In this document: positions 1 through 11,923 of the stretch, piece after piece
How positions within the stretch are numbered: the first letter of the stretch is position 1
How the letters are laid out: the number at the start of each line of letters is the position of its first letter
NCBI GenBank assembly: GCA_965240325.2
Contig: OZ251222.1
Span: forward strand, 186,001 to 250,000
Direction: 5' to 3'
Length of the DNA: 64,000 nucleotides
Source: Rebecca billardiae RCC1528
Taxonomy: Eukaryota; Protista; Haptophyta
The notes under the pieces: model-generated
What the model was told of the DNA's origin: nothing
The model's database searches: none
What the model saw: the letters and a program-made list of their open reading frames with translations, nothing else
Position numbers and translations under genes: made by a program

Positions 1-471
1 TACCCACATATCGGAACGAATTTGAATATATAGTGAGCCACATCCACGGTCAATATAAAGTGGGTAACCGTCGTTCTATATACGGGTAATTGTCTATATA
101 CAAAGTGGGTAATCTGCTCGATCTTGCTGTAGTTTGTTGGAGGTATCCGCGCACAGCATAGAGCCCCACTCTTTGCTTCATAAAATGGTTCGGTCGGGTG
201 TCAACGGTTGCCAATAAGTCATTCCGATCGCATGTCGCCATCTAGCCACCATAACCATCAAGTAACGCTTCGCAAAATCTCTATGTGACACTAGTGGCGC
301 GGCGCGCGCGCGCTCGGCCGCGCGACGGCACGCGGAGTAGGTTTTGAGGTCGAAACTTTTGCTCCGCCCCGATGGGACGCATTTATAGCGTCGATTCTGG
401 GTGAGAGACGAAATCTAGGACGCCATTCTGAGTGCGCCAGAACATCGCCCCAGTTGGGAGGGACCCACCTA
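1..471 (-). mobile_element. End of a non-autonomous TIR element related to the element at 39921-41856; runs off the window
   Basis: The reverse complement shares collinear blocks with 39920-40300 (AGCAAAAGTTTCG, GCGCGCGCGCGCCGCG, CACATAGAGA, ACTTATTGGC, AACTAC-GCAAGATCGA, ATTACCCA). Probable terminus TAGGTGGGTCC versus TAGCCTGGTCC. Confidence 0.6.
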
Positions 472-692
472 CTGCGCAGCTGTTCTGAGTGTTCACAGCG
501 CGGCGCAATGACCAATGTCCCTGACGGCCGACCCGCCCGACGCCCCGTCTGCCGTCATCATTCGACATACAGCCGCCGATCCAGATTGCAGACTCCAGTC
601 GTACGGATTAGCTGAGTTACACTAGCTAGTTTGGAGAGCACCTTGAGGACCGTTGGCCGTGGGAAGTCCTCTCGCCGTGCACGCGCCATCGG

Positions 693-2381
693 CTACACGT
701 TTCCCCAGCAGACATACTTGGTCTCGAGGTACTCCTCGATGCCGAGCCGGTGGCCTGTCACGTGATCGAGGGCGCGCGCGACCGCGAGACGGTGTCATCC
801 GGTGAGGCGCGCGCGCGACGCAGCGCGCGCTGCTCGTGCGAGCCCCACGCGGGTCGCGAGCTCCGAGGTGTCAAGGCGCGGGCGCGGCGTTTGCCCACCT
901 TCGCGCCCCAGCCCAGATTCCTTGAAGCCTCCGAAGGGCGCCACCTCGGAGCTGATGATCCCCTCGTTCACTCCCACGATGCCGGCCTCGAGCGCCTCCG
1001 CAAAGCGCCACGCCCGGCTGATGTCCGACGTGCAAAAGTACGCGGCCAGGCCGGCGCGCGTGTCGTTGGCGAGCTCGAGCGCCTCCGCGTCGGATGCAAA
1101 GGTTGTGACTGGGATGAGCGGTCCGAAGGTCTCCTCGCTCCAACACCGCGCGCCAGCGTCCACGCCGCTGATCAGCGTGGGCGCGGCGAAGCCCGCGCCT
1201 TCAGACGCACTGCCGGCCGCGCGCAGCGCGGTCGCCGCTGGCTCGTCAAGGCCACCACACACAAGGCGGCCGCCGCGCGAGATGCAATCTTCGACGTGTG
1301 CCTTGAACTTGTCGTAGCCGGCCGCGTTGATGAGCGGGCCGATGGTGACGCCCTCCTCGAGCCCGTGCCCGAGCCGCTCCTGCTCCAGCAGCGCTCGCAC
1401 ACGCTCGCACAAGTCTGCGGCCACAGACTCGTGCACGAGCACGCGCGCGGGCGCGACGCACACCTGGCCGGCGTTGCGGACCTTGCCGATGACGAGCGCG
1501 CGCGCGGCGACCGCGAGGTCGGCGTCGGCGAAGACGACGAAGGGCGCGTTGCCGCCAAGCTCGAGAGCGACGCGCTTCACCTGCGGCGCGCACTGCGCGG
1601 CGAGCCGCTTGCCCACCGCCGTCGATCCGGTGAACGAGAGCATGCGTACGCGAGAGTCCTCGCACAGGGCGGCGCCCACCTCCGCGGCCCGCGCGCGAGA
1701 GCACGTGACCACCTTGAGCAGGCTAGCCGGCGCGCCCGCCTCCTCGAGGAGCAGGGCCTCAAGCGCGAGCGCCGTCAGCGGGGTCGCCTCCGCCGGCTTG
1801 AGCACGACGGGGCACCCGGCTGCGAGTGCGGGCGCCGCCTTGCGCGTCACCATCGCACAGGGGAAGTTCCACGGCGTGATGGCGGCCGCGACGCCGATCG
1901 GCTGCTTGAGTACGAGGAGGCGCCTGTCTGCTGTCGGCGCTTGAAGGATCTCACCGTGCACGCGCCGGGCCTCCTCGGCGTAGTACCGCACAAACGACGC
2001 CGCGTAGTCGACCTCCTTGCGAGCCTCACCGAGAGGCTTGCCCGACTCGAGGGTCATGATCGCCGCGAGGCTCTCGCGCTTGTCGAGGATGGCAGCGTAC
2101 CAGCGGTACAAGATGTCGGCACGATCGCCAGCGGTGCGCGAGCGCCATGCGGGCAGCAGCGCGTGAGCGCCGTCCACGGCCGCGACCGTGTCCGCGCGCG
2201 TGCTGTCCGGCACGTGTGCCACCGGCACGGCGGACGGACGCGCTGGGTCGACGACCTCGTACATGCCTGCGCCCGCAGGAGAGCTCACGCGAGCGAGAAG
2301 TTGCTGCGCGGCGGCCGGAAGCATGGCTGATGAGCTCGCCGTCGTGGTGAGAGCGAGAGCCGTGAGGATCGAGACGGGCAT
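693..2381 (-). CDS. Succinate-semialdehyde dehydrogenase (ALDH5/GabD family), 2 exons (2381-899, 754-693), ~514 aa
   Basis: Motifs ITPWNFP, LKPAEATP, SFTGSTAVGK, LELGGNAP, RNAGQVC and EETFGP. Removing GT-AG intron 755-898 restores the GabD-like C-terminus REGHRLGIEEYLETKYVCWG. First ATG at 2381. Confidence 0.92.
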
Positions 2382-3251
2382 GCGACCCAATGCCGCGCGC
2401 ACGTCCGCCCTCCGAGCGGAAGTCCCCTTGCTCCGAGCTTATTAATATTTTTGTTTACCCGTACAGCGCCGGGAGACTCACGGGAGACTCACTCAACTTT
2501 AATGGTCGGTCCCGGGCGCAAGGTTGGTGCGCAGGCGACAAGAATTGGCTCACATTTAGCGTCTCGGAGATCTCCTTCGGACACTCCGCGGGTTGGTTGC
2601 GCTCCGCTGCCGCCCGCGCGCGCTAAAATTCATTCTTTAAAATAGGGTTTTCAGTGCACGAAGAACCAAGCGAAGAACATGACTCCAACGGGCAAAAAAG
2701 AGCAAAATCAACAGATTTGCGGAGCTTCCCGTAGGCTATGAAGGGCACGGTGCAGGCGAGTGATGCGGGCGCTCCATGGCCATGTCGGCCGTCGCGGATG
2801 GCGTCAACGCACGCCACATGCTCAAGACACATGCTCACTCGCACACACTTGGGTTGGGCGGGGCGAGACCGCGCTCGCGCAGCCGATCGACACTCAACGA
2901 CGCTTGTGCGTTGCGACTGCTTTGACACAGCGAACGGCAGGGTGCAGACTCGAGATGTGAGGGTCATGCGGGCTTGGACTCGTAGCCAGTACCCACTGGC
3001 GGCAGCCTGCATGCCGCGCGTACTCGTCCGGACGCGAACTCGTACATCGAGCGGCCAAACTGCTGCGCGAGTCGCCGCCCCAAGTCACAAGCTCGCCATG
3101 GATCGCAGAGCCCGCGTAATCTCGGCGCTGTACGGTTACGGCCGGCATGCAGATCTAAAACGGGCCGACGACGACGACACCCCGAGACATTTTCAATTTT
3201 GAACGCCGTCAAGAGCGGGAGCAGGCTGATACTGCGCGCTTGCACGCGGCC

Positions 3252-4130
3252 ATGCAGGCGGACGGCGACCTCACAGCTGACGAGCTGCGCCGCGCGAGCG
3301 CGCCCGAGCTGGCCCAGGTGTTGCACTTCGTTCACTGCTTCAAGGATCGCCTTCTCCTACCGGCGGCTTCACCGACCGACCTCGTCCTCGCGGTCGCGGG
3401 CGATGACGTGAGTGATCAGGGGGATTTCCTAGCTCTTTCGTCGCCTCAGGCGAACATGACTTTCGAGCTCCATCGCGCGCTGCTCCGGAAGCTGCCACTC
3501 GTGTCCTCGGAGTACGACTGCCGGCGCGAGGTCGTTACGCGAACCAACTGGCAGCGTGCACTGCACGCCGCACTGCGCACGACGATTGGCGAGGATCTGC
3601 CCAAGTGCCCGTGCGCATGCAGCGAGCACATCTCCGATGACGACTTTGAGCTGATGGACCTGTGCGCCATGCAGCGTGTGCGTGTGCTGTGCGCGCTAAG
3701 CGATGCAGTCGTCGAGCATCGCTTCGCCCGCGAGATCGGCAAAGGCCAGTGGCCTGCGGGCGCGCGCACTCTGCCATGCGACCAACGCGAGGGCTTGCAC
3801 CTCGGCGGCGACGCCTGGTACTTCTCGGGGCCGCACGGCGCGCGACCCGCGCTCGTCATGCTCGGAACCGACACGAGCTTAGCCGGTGTGCCGCCGGAAA
3901 AGCTTGTCAAATGCGCGGAGATCAGTGCCCTCGAGCCTCGCACCGCCGAGCAGTCTCGCGTTGGTGAGGTGCGGCGCATGCGCCTCATCTCCGTCGAGGA
4001 TGAGGAGTTTCGAGCGGCCTGCGCGCGCCCGAAGGCGGCGCTTCTCGTTGCAAGCGAGACCATGGGCGAGTACGATACACCAGCAACTTCTCCACTTCCC
4101 CAAGGTGCGTCTGATTGCTCTGAAGACTGA
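3252..4130 (+). CDS. DDT/WHIM1-domain chromatin protein
   Basis: ELAQVLHFVHCFKDRLLL...FELHRALLRKL resembles a DDT domain; NWQRAL and LCAMQRVRVLCALSD resemble WHIM1. First ATG at 3252. Confidence 0.6.
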   Translation: MQADGDLTADELRRASAPELAQVLHFVHCFKDRLLLPAASPTDLVLAVAGDDVSDQGDFLALSSPQANMTFELHRALLRKLPLVSSEYDCRREVVTRTNWQRALHAALRTTIGEDLPKCPCACSEHISDDDFELMDLCAMQRVRVLCALSDAVVEHRFAREIGKGQWPAGARTLPCDQREGLHLGGDAWYFSGPHGARPALVMLGTDTSLAGVPPEKLVKCAEISALEPRTAEQSRVGEVRRMRLISVEDEEFRAACARPKAALLVASETMGEYDTPATSPLPQGASDCSED

Positions 4131-4612
4131 CCAGACCCCACACTCCACACACAGATGACAGAGTCACTCAGTCAGGCATTATTCATTATTCAATCATTAT
4201 TATTGAAAGTAACGCGGGGCAGGAGCCGAAGCACGGACAGTTACTCGGCTAGCTTAAGCTCATTCGTTATCCGATTCGCACCGTATGACAGTGACAAGGA
4301 CGACGGGCGGCGGCGCTCCGCGCGCTCACGGCCCTGGCGGCTGGGCGGCTGGCCGGCGCCGGGCCGGCGGGCCGCGAGGCGCGAGGCGGCCGCCGAGCCC
4401 GCTCATCTAGGCCGCTCGCAGGCGGACGGCTGAATGAATCTTCCGACGGCGCAACCATCGGCGACGGCTGCATGGGCGTTGACAGTTGGCGGGCGTCAAT
4501 CTCGCCTGCCTGAGCAAGCTGTGTGCGTCTCTTATTCCGCGCATGGCGGTCAGTAATACAAGTAAATAAGTGAATTACGGACGTCCACCAGACCACCACT
4601 CATCGGCCCACG

Positions 4613-5923
4613 ATGGCGGCCCTTCAGTGGGCACTCGTCTTAGTGGCCTTGCTGTGTTTTGATGGTGGCGCCGCAGCAGCGAGAACCGCTGCTGACACCA
4701 ACCAGCTCTGGGCGACAATCCACATCGGCCCGATGAAGACGGCTACGACGACGATCCAAAAAGCGCTCCTGGAAAACACGACGCTGCAGCGTATCGCTGT
4801 CGCCGAGGACAGGGTGGATGTTCCCTTTTCCGGCGCGCGAAGAGGTGAGCGCATGGAGAGCCTCTTTCCAAATGCTCGGCGGGAAGGAGCATTGCGGCAT
4901 ATCGGCTTGGCGGCAGCGCTCGCCACATTCAACCACACTCACGGCCTCCGACGTCTACACATACACCGCCAGGAGTGGGCAAGCTTTCAGAAGCAGGTGG
5001 ATGGCGCGAGGCGCGGCTTGCGTCACTTGCTGCTCTCAAGCGAATCATTTGGGCGCACCTTCGTCCCCCCCAAGCCATTGCTGGCAGCGCTGCGCCCCGC
5101 TTACCACGCCCACGTCGTGCTCGTCTACCGCCCCTTCTTCGAGTGGGTCCTCTCCATGTACGGGCAGCAGTACAGAACAGACGGGCACTCCCTCGCGGTG
5201 CCCAGGGAATTCGGCGCAGCTGCGCAGCGACACGTGCCGTTCGTCACGTGGATCAGCTCTGCAGCTGGACGCGAGCGCATCTCGACGCACTCGATTTGGG
5301 GCGTGCACGAGCGCTGGGCCAAGGCTGCTGCCCGCGGCGCGGGCGGGAGCGTGTCTGTGCTCAGCTTCCGCAGCGCCTCTGGGCCGCTGCTGCAGCGCTT
5401 CGTGTGCGGGCACATGCACGCACCCCATGCCTGCAGCTGGTTGAAACACGAAGCCGATGGCCAGTGGCTCGCGGCGCAGATCGCGCACAGGGGCCAGTCG
5501 TCCGTGCGCTCAGCGGTGGGTGATATTGTTTTTGCCGCTGCTCAGCGCGGCATCATGCGCGCTGCGCCTATGGACTTGGCAATGCGCGAGATAGTGGACA
5601 CGGCCGTGCACGCCTTCCACAAAGGCATGGTCCGCGCAGAGACAGGTGCCCGGTTGGAGCTGCCGCTCACGTGCTTGCCCGATGCCGAGCTTCAGTGGAT
5701 CTGGGAGTGGTCTCTTCGCCAGGAGAGGCGCTTTGCCCCCGACTCCCCGCCGGAGCAGCTGCGCGCGGAGTTCGACGAGAGTCGTCGGGAGATGGCCTTC
5801 TGCTCGGGTGACGCGAACGTGGCCTTGCTCAGTGGCGGCTCTGGCTGGGCTGCTGCGCTGCGTACATTATTCCCGATGGCGACGTTTCCTGGTATGGTCG
5901 CCACCCGGCAGTCGCCACCGTAG
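4613..5923 (+). CDS. Secreted/luminal protein with a sulfotransferase-like P-loop motif
   Basis: 436-aa ATG ORF with a signal peptide (MAALQWALVLVALLCF) and motifs IHIGPMKTATTTIQ, LLLSSESF and VYRPFFEWVLSMYGQ. Confidence 0.65.
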   Translation: MAALQWALVLVALLCFDGGAAAARTAADTNQLWATIHIGPMKTATTTIQKALLENTTLQRIAVAEDRVDVPFSGARRGERMESLFPNARREGALRHIGLAAALATFNHTHGLRRLHIHRQEWASFQKQVDGARRGLRHLLLSSESFGRTFVPPKPLLAALRPAYHAHVVLVYRPFFEWVLSMYGQQYRTDGHSLAVPREFGAAAQRHVPFVTWISSAAGRERISTHSIWGVHERWAKAAARGAGGSVSVLSFRSASGPLLQRFVCGHMHAPHACSWLKHEADGQWLAAQIAHRGQSSVRSAVGDIVFAAAQRGIMRAAPMDLAMREIVDTAVHAFHKGMVRAETGARLELPLTCLPDAELQWIWEWSLRQERRFAPDSPPEQLRAEFDESRREMAFCSGDANVALLSGGSGWAAALRTLFPMATFPGMVATRQSPP

Positions 5924-6189
5924 CGCACGAGCCCGAGGCCATCCGGACGCGGCGGCTCAAGGCCGTGCTCAAGCCATTCGACGATCGCGGTTCAGGCTAT
6001 GCTCTGCCACCAACGCCGACTTCGTGTCGACGATCGGGCACTGCCGACGACGAATCAGGAGACCTGCGCCGTCCTACCTGTGTCGTTAAATCATAGAATT
6101 CAGAGTAAGCTAGGCTTCGCATATATATAATCAGCCGACGAGCGCCACCTTACTGATTGCCTGAGACACGTGTATTTGCCACCCCCCCT

Positions 6190-6345
6190 GGGGGAGCCAA
6201 TGACGGGGCAGCCAGGGGCCGGGGCCCCAGCCGGGAGCCAATGAGAGGGCAGCCCCCAGGGGCCGAGAGCCAATGAGAGGCGAGGGTGGCAAACGCCCTC
6301 TGCGGCCGTCGCGCGCGGCTGGCGCAATTGTCTATAAGTAGGCGG
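6190..6345 (+). promoter_or_regulatory. Three AGCCAATGA (CCAAT) boxes followed by TATAA inside the left element end
   Basis: AGCCAATGA near 6195, 6236 and 6268; CTATAAG near 6332. Confidence 0.35.
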
Positions 6346-6360
6346 TAGCACTAGCTCACC

Positions 6361-6944
6361 GCCGGTCCGGCTGCCGCCGGGCAGTCCGGGGCCCGGCGGC
6401 CGCGGCGCCGGCCGCCAGAGGGGGCGGGGGCGGCGGGGCCGGGACGAGGGACGAGGGACGAGGGACGAGGGACGGCCGCCCGAGTCCGGGGCGCGAGTCC
6501 GGGCGGGGGCGCACGATGGCGGCGCGCCGCCATCGTGGCGCCAGCCCGCGCCCGCCGCCATCGCCGCCCGCCGCCGCACTCGCCGGTCCGGCTGCCGCCG
6601 GGCAGTCCGGGGCCCGGCGGCCGCGGCGCCGGCGCCAGAGGGGGCGGGGGCGGCGGGGCCGGGACGAGGGACGAGGGACCGGAGGGACGAGGGACGGCCG
6701 CCCGAGTCCGGGGCGCGAGTCCGGGCGGGGGCGCACGATGGCGGCGCGCCGCCATCGTGGCGCCAGCCGCCGCGCCCGCCGCCATCGCCGCCCGCGCCGC
6801 CGCTGACTCGCCGGTCCGGCTGCCGCCGGGCAGTCCGGGGCCCGGCGGCCGCGGCGCCGGCGCCAGAGGGGGCGGGGGCGGCGGGGCCGGGACGCCAGGG
6901 ACGAGGGACGAGCCACGAGGGACGAGGGACGGCCGCCCGAGTCC
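6361..6944 (+). repeat. 220-bp GC-rich satellite, left block (~2.6 units)
   Basis: Unit starts GCCGGTCCGGCTGCC at 6361, 6582 and 6810. Each complete unit carries a 26-bp perfect palindrome; units carry (GGGACGA)n. Confidence 0.95.
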
Positions 6945-9369
6945 CACCACGACGATTCCCCCACGGGGACGGCGGTCATTTTCGTGAGAATCTCAAACGA
7001 CTGTCCGTACCCGCATTTAAAAGGCACCAGCCTGAACCCTAAACAACCCGATTGTTAAAGAGGCGGCTCCTTTGGTAGGATACAACTCCAGCGGCTTGAA
7101 CAAGCCGCCTTTCAATCTGCCTGCCCAGTTCTCGATCGGCCGCGCCCCGGGGGCCCCCGGCCCGGGCGGCGGAAGGAGGCTCGGGGAGGGAGGGGAGGAT
7201 CAGGGCGGGAGCTGCCTCAACGTCAGGCGGCGGTTGGAGAGAAGGCGGCGGGGCGAGCGGCGCGGCGCAGGGCAGGCGCACACACCGCCCACACCGCCCG
7301 CATGGCGGGCGCGCGCGGGGCCGGTGGCACGGCTGCAGCGCGCGCGCACCGCAGGCCTTGATGTGCCCGAGCACACACACACTCGACGTCGCGCACGGTG
7401 CTGCAGCCGACCGACACCCAGCTCTGCGGATGTCTGACCCACGGCATCACGTACTGCACGAACACGTCGCGGCCCGTTAGCAACGCCTCGCGGAAGCCAT
7501 CGTACCGTGTGCCCTGCGACTTGTAGAACTGGACGTTGTGCGGCAGGCCGATCGTCGCCATCACCTGCGCGCGTGCTGGGCCGGACGGCGCGACAGCGCG
7601 GGCGGTGGCGCGCGCGGGGGCGAGGCCAAGTCAGCAGGCATAAATATACAACTCCGGGCGCGGCGCGCGAGCCCCGCTGCCCCGAGCAAGGCGCGGGGGC
7701 GCAGCGCGCGCCGCGCGCGGCACGCCCACGCAGCATCGGCGTGACACGCTTGGCGTGCGTCGAATCCAAGCGTTGCTGCGGGCTGCCGCGCTCGCAGTTT
7801 AATCAGTACATCACCACGTTGCCATCGTTGCCATCTAGCACAGCGCGAAGCTGCACCGCCCGCCGGCGGAGGCTGTGCCCACCCTCGTCGCGCGGTACAG
7901 CAAGATCCTGTGGTCCGTCCAACCCCAGTGACCCGTCCCCCACATCCGCGAGCAGCAGCACGCGGCGATCTTCGGGAGGCTGCTCACGCGCGTCGCAGCG
8001 CACTACCGAGCCGTGGACGCGACCAAGCGGACCGATATCCAGGTCGAGGCCAGCGCGCTCGACGTCACTGCCATCGGCCTCGTTGCTGAGGACCGCCAGT
8101 GTGTTGGCTGCGCGAGCTCGAGCTCCTATCTCATGTGCCGCTTGCCGCTCTGCGGCGCCGGCTGAGACTTCTTCGCGATCGCGTCTCTCACGGCGATCAA
8201 GCAAGGGCACGTGCTCGGCAGCTGGCGAGAGCAACACAGCGTCCGCGAGGTCAGCTGGGTTCTAGCTGCCAACGGCTTGCGCCCGCGCAACACCTGACCG
8301 CAACGAGCGTCTGCCGGCACGCCGGTGTGGACGCTCGACTTCCAGCACCATTTCAGATGCCATCAAGTCTAGGGAGCAGGCCGTGTGTAGCGAGTGCTAG
8401 AATAAGGCAGACCGCTAGCTGCACTGCGCCCAGCCGCGAGCGCAGTGGTGCCCGTACGCGGCGCTGCGGCACGCACGCGGTGTGCGCGAGCGCTGCGCGG
8501 GCCACCGGCGTGGCCCCGCTGCCCGGGCCGTCCACTCGGCCGCGTGGCGCGCCGCACCCGGCCGTCGCATGGACCCGGCGAGTGCCAGAGCCGGCGAGCA
8601 GTCGTCTACGCTACATCACGGGCCAAGCAGTGGGTAGTCGCGAGCACGATGGACCAAGACGATCTTGCGATGTGGGCGCAGCGACGGCAACCTCACTTGG
8701 CACGCATCGGCGGCCTGAGCCGCCGGAGTGAACAAAGTCACAGACAAGGGGATGCGTGCGCGGATGCGTGCGTTGGGCTCGGTGCATTCGCGCGTACATT
8801 CTGACACCCACGCCAGCTTCCTCTTCTCCTCCGGCGCACACTGCTTGGGCAGCGCGGGCGCCGTGTGGCGCGAGCACCACGAGCTCACAGTCTGGCTGAC
8901 TCGCGCGGCGTCGTGCCGTCTGCACGCACATGTGGCGCACACTACCTCGGGCGGTTCGAGCAATCCATGCGCGCACGCGAATACGCCATGGACGCCGCGT
9001 CTCTCCCCCGCCCGTTCGGCCCCCGCGCGGCCCTGACTCGACTCGCACCCGTCCGCCGAGACCCAGCCCACTGCCCGCCGACTACCGAGGCTTTGGCAGC
9101 GGCTCTCGCGCCGGGGCGCCCTTTGCCGGGACGCTCCTTGTGGAACGCGAAGGTCGAGGGGTAGGTGAATAGGGCGGGCGGAGGTGATTCGAGGAATTGA
9201 AGGAACGACTTCATCAAGTGCCACTAATGATTTGCACCCGCGCGAAATACGTACTTACATTACTCCGACGGTACCGCGAGTAGCTTTGTGAAATAGAGAT
9301 CGGGACGGAAACCGCCGATTCGAACTTCTCCAAAATGTCCGCCCCTCCCACCCGGGAATCGTCGTGGTG
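6945..9369. mobile_element. 2425-bp TIR element inserted into a satellite unit at CC|GG with no TSD
   Basis: Termini CACCACGACGATTCCC and GGGAATCGTCGTGGTG, with the imperfect IR extending ~70 bp. Removing it exactly restores the unit sequence CGAGTCC|GGGGCGCG. Confidence 0.85.
7839..8297 (+). pseudogene. Decayed reading frame inside the 6945-9369 element
   Basis: One frame reads as protein-like sequence with GC3-rich codons (PTLVARYSKILWSV*...IREQQHAAIFGRLLTRVAAHY...*DFFAIASL), interrupted by in-frame TGA at 7929 and 8163. Confidence 0.35.
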
Positions 9370-10762
9370 GGGGCGCGAGTCCGGGCGGGGGCGCACGATG
9401 GCGGCGCGCCGCCATCGTGGCGCCAGCCCGCGCCCGCCGCCATCGCCGCCCGCGCCGCCGCACTCGCCGGTCCGGCTGCCGCCGGGCAGTCCGGGGCCCG
9501 GCGGCCGCGGCGCCGGCGCCAGAGGGGGCGGGGGCGGCGGGGCCGGGACGAGGGACGAGGGACGAGGGACGAGGGACGGCCGCCCGAGTCCGGGGCGCGA
9601 GTCCGGGCGGGGGCGCACGATGGCGGCGCGCCGCCATCGTGGCGCCAGCCCGCGCCCGCCGCCATCGCCGCCCGCCGCCGCACTCGCCGGTCCGGCTGCC
9701 GCCGGGCAGTCCGGGGCCCGCCGGCGGCCGCGGCGCCGGCGCCAGAGGGGGCGGGGGCGGCGGGGCCGGGACGAGGGACGAGGGACGAGGGACGAGGGAC
9801 GGCCGCCCGAGTCCGGGGCGCGAGTCCGGGCGGGGGCGCACGATGGCGGCGCGCCGCCATCGTGGCGCCAGCCCGCGCCCGCCGCCATCGCCGCCCGCCG
9901 CCGCACTCGCCGGTCCGGCTGCCGCCGGGCAGTCCGGGGCCCGGCAGCCGCGGCGCCGGCGCCAGAGGGGGCGGGGGCGGCGGGGCCGGGACGAGGGACG
10001 AGGGACGAGGGACGAGGGACGGCCGCCCGAGTCCGGGGCGCGAGTCCGGGCGGGGGCGCACGATGGCGGCGCGCCGCCATCGTGGCGCCGCAGCCCGCGC
10101 CCGCCGCCATCGCCGCCCGCCGCCGCACTCGCCGGTCCGGCTGCCGCCGGGCAGTCCGGGGCCCGGCGGCCGCGGCGCCGGCGCCAGAGGGGGCGGGGGC
10201 GGCGGGGCCGGGACGAGGGACGAGGGACGAGGGACGAGGGACGGCCGCCCGAGTCCGGGGCGCGAGTCCGGGCGGGGGCGCACGATGGCGGCGCGCCGCC
10301 ATCGTGGCGCCAGCCCGCGCCCGCCGCCATCGCCGCCCGCCGCCGCACTCGCCGGTCCGGCTGCCGCCGGGCAGTCCGGGGCCCGGCGGCCGCGGCGCCG
10401 GCGCCAGAGGGGGCGGGGGCGGCGGGGCCGGGACGAGGGACGAGGGACGAGGGACGAGGGACGGCCGCCCGAGTCCGGGGCGCGAGTCCGGGCGGGGGCG
10501 CACGATGGCGGCGCGCCGCCATCGTGGCGCCAGCCCGCGCCCGCCGCCATCGCCGCCCGCCGCCGCACTCGCCGGTCCGGCGGCCGCCGGGCAGTCCGGG
10601 GCCCGGCGGCCGCGGCGCCGGCGCCAGAGGGGGCGGGGGCGGCGGGGCCGGGACGAGGGACGAGGGACGAGGGACGAGGGACGGCCGCCCGAGTCCGGGG
10701 CGCGAGTCCGGGCGGGGGCGCACGATGGCGGCGCGCCGCCATCGTGGCGCCAGCCCGCGCCC
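9370..10762 (+). repeat. 220-bp GC-rich satellite, right block (~6.3 units)
   Basis: GCCGGTCCGG recurs at 10131, 10351 and 10571 (period 220). Units are near-identical. Confidence 0.95.
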
Positions 10763-10914
10763 GACCGCGCGGGCACGCGCCGGCCGCCCGGCCCCGCGCA
10801 TGGCTCCGCAGCGGGCCTACGGAGACGGTGAAGCCGAGCGCGATGGCGCACGGGAGGCGACGCGGCGCACGGGGCTGCACGCACGCGGCGCCGCGGCGGC
10901 GGGCCGGCCGCGGG

Positions 10915-11923
10915 CCGCGCGCACGGCGCGCGCGGTGGACAAATGGCGGCGGCGGGCGGCGGCGGCGGCAGGGCAGGCGATCATTGCAAGAACCGAATAC
11001 TGTAGCGACCCGTGACGAGCAGCTGCGCCGCGGCCGACTCACCCGTGCCGCCCGTGCGGCGCGGGCGGCACTCGCCGGCGCACGTGGTGGAAGGACAGGC
11101 GCGCGTGGTGGACAAATGGCGGCGGCGGCGGCGGCGGCGGCTCGCGGCGGCGGCGCGTGCGCAGCGACCAGGCGCACGGGGGCCGGGCCACGCGCGCGAG
11201 GCGGCGAGGCGGCCGCGCCGCGCCGCCAAGGCCGCGCTGCGCCGCGGACGCCCGTGCCAGCCGCGCGGCGTCGGGCAGCACTCATCGGGGCGGGCGCGGA
11301 CCGCGCGCGCGGCGCGCGCGGTGGACAAATGGCGGCGGCGGGCGGCGGCGGCGGCTGGGCAGGCGACCATCGCAAGGACCGCACGGCGACCAGTGACGAG
11401 CAGCTACGCTGCGGCCGACTGACCCGTGCCGCCCGCGCGGCGCGGGCGGCACTCATCGGTCGGGGGAGCCGCAGGCGGCGCGCGCGCCGCGTGCGCGCGC
11501 GGTGAAAGGACAGGCGCGCGCGGTGGACAAATGGCGGCGGCGGGCGGCGGCGGCGGCTGGTCAGGCGATCATTGCAAGGACCGAATACTGTAGCGACCCG
11601 TGACGAGCAGCTGCGCCGCGGCCGACTCACCCGTGCCGCCCGTGCGGCGCGGGCGGCACTCGCCGGCGCGCGTGGTGGAAGGACAGGCGCGCGTGGTGGA
11701 CAAATGGCGGCGGCGGCGGCGGCGGCGGCTCCAGGCGGCGGCGCGTGCGCAGCGACCAGGCGCACGGGGGCCGGGCCACGCGCGCGAGGCGGCGAGGCGG
11801 CCGCGCCGCGCCGCCACGGCCGCGCTGCGCCGCGGACGCCCGTGCCAGCCGCGCGGCGTCGGGCAGCACTCATCGGGGCGGGCGCGGACCGCGCGCGCCG
11901 CGCGCACGGTGGACAAATGGCGG
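10915..11923 (+). repeat. 588-bp-offset direct duplication built on a GTGGACAAATGGCGG motif (6 copies)
   Basis: Near-identical text at 10981/11569 and 11012/11600. Motif at ~10935, 11108, 11321, 11523, 11696 and 11909. Confidence 0.85.

Noticed and set aside
750-2330. 526-aa plus-strand ORF, and similar antisense ORFs at 42013-44337, 44414-46021 and 49192-50829
   Set aside because: Antisense shadows of real GC3-rich genes on the opposite strand.
7050-7140. PIENWAGRLK on the minus strand, resembling the Tc1/IS630 transposase motif
   Set aside because: Too short, with no upstream DDE residues or SPDLN context.
7839-8297. TGA recoding (selenocysteine or readthrough) in the interrupted frame
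   Set aside because: There is no ATG or SECIS evidence, and other genes here use TGA as stop. CGA/TGG-to-TGA decay inside a transposon is the simpler explanation.
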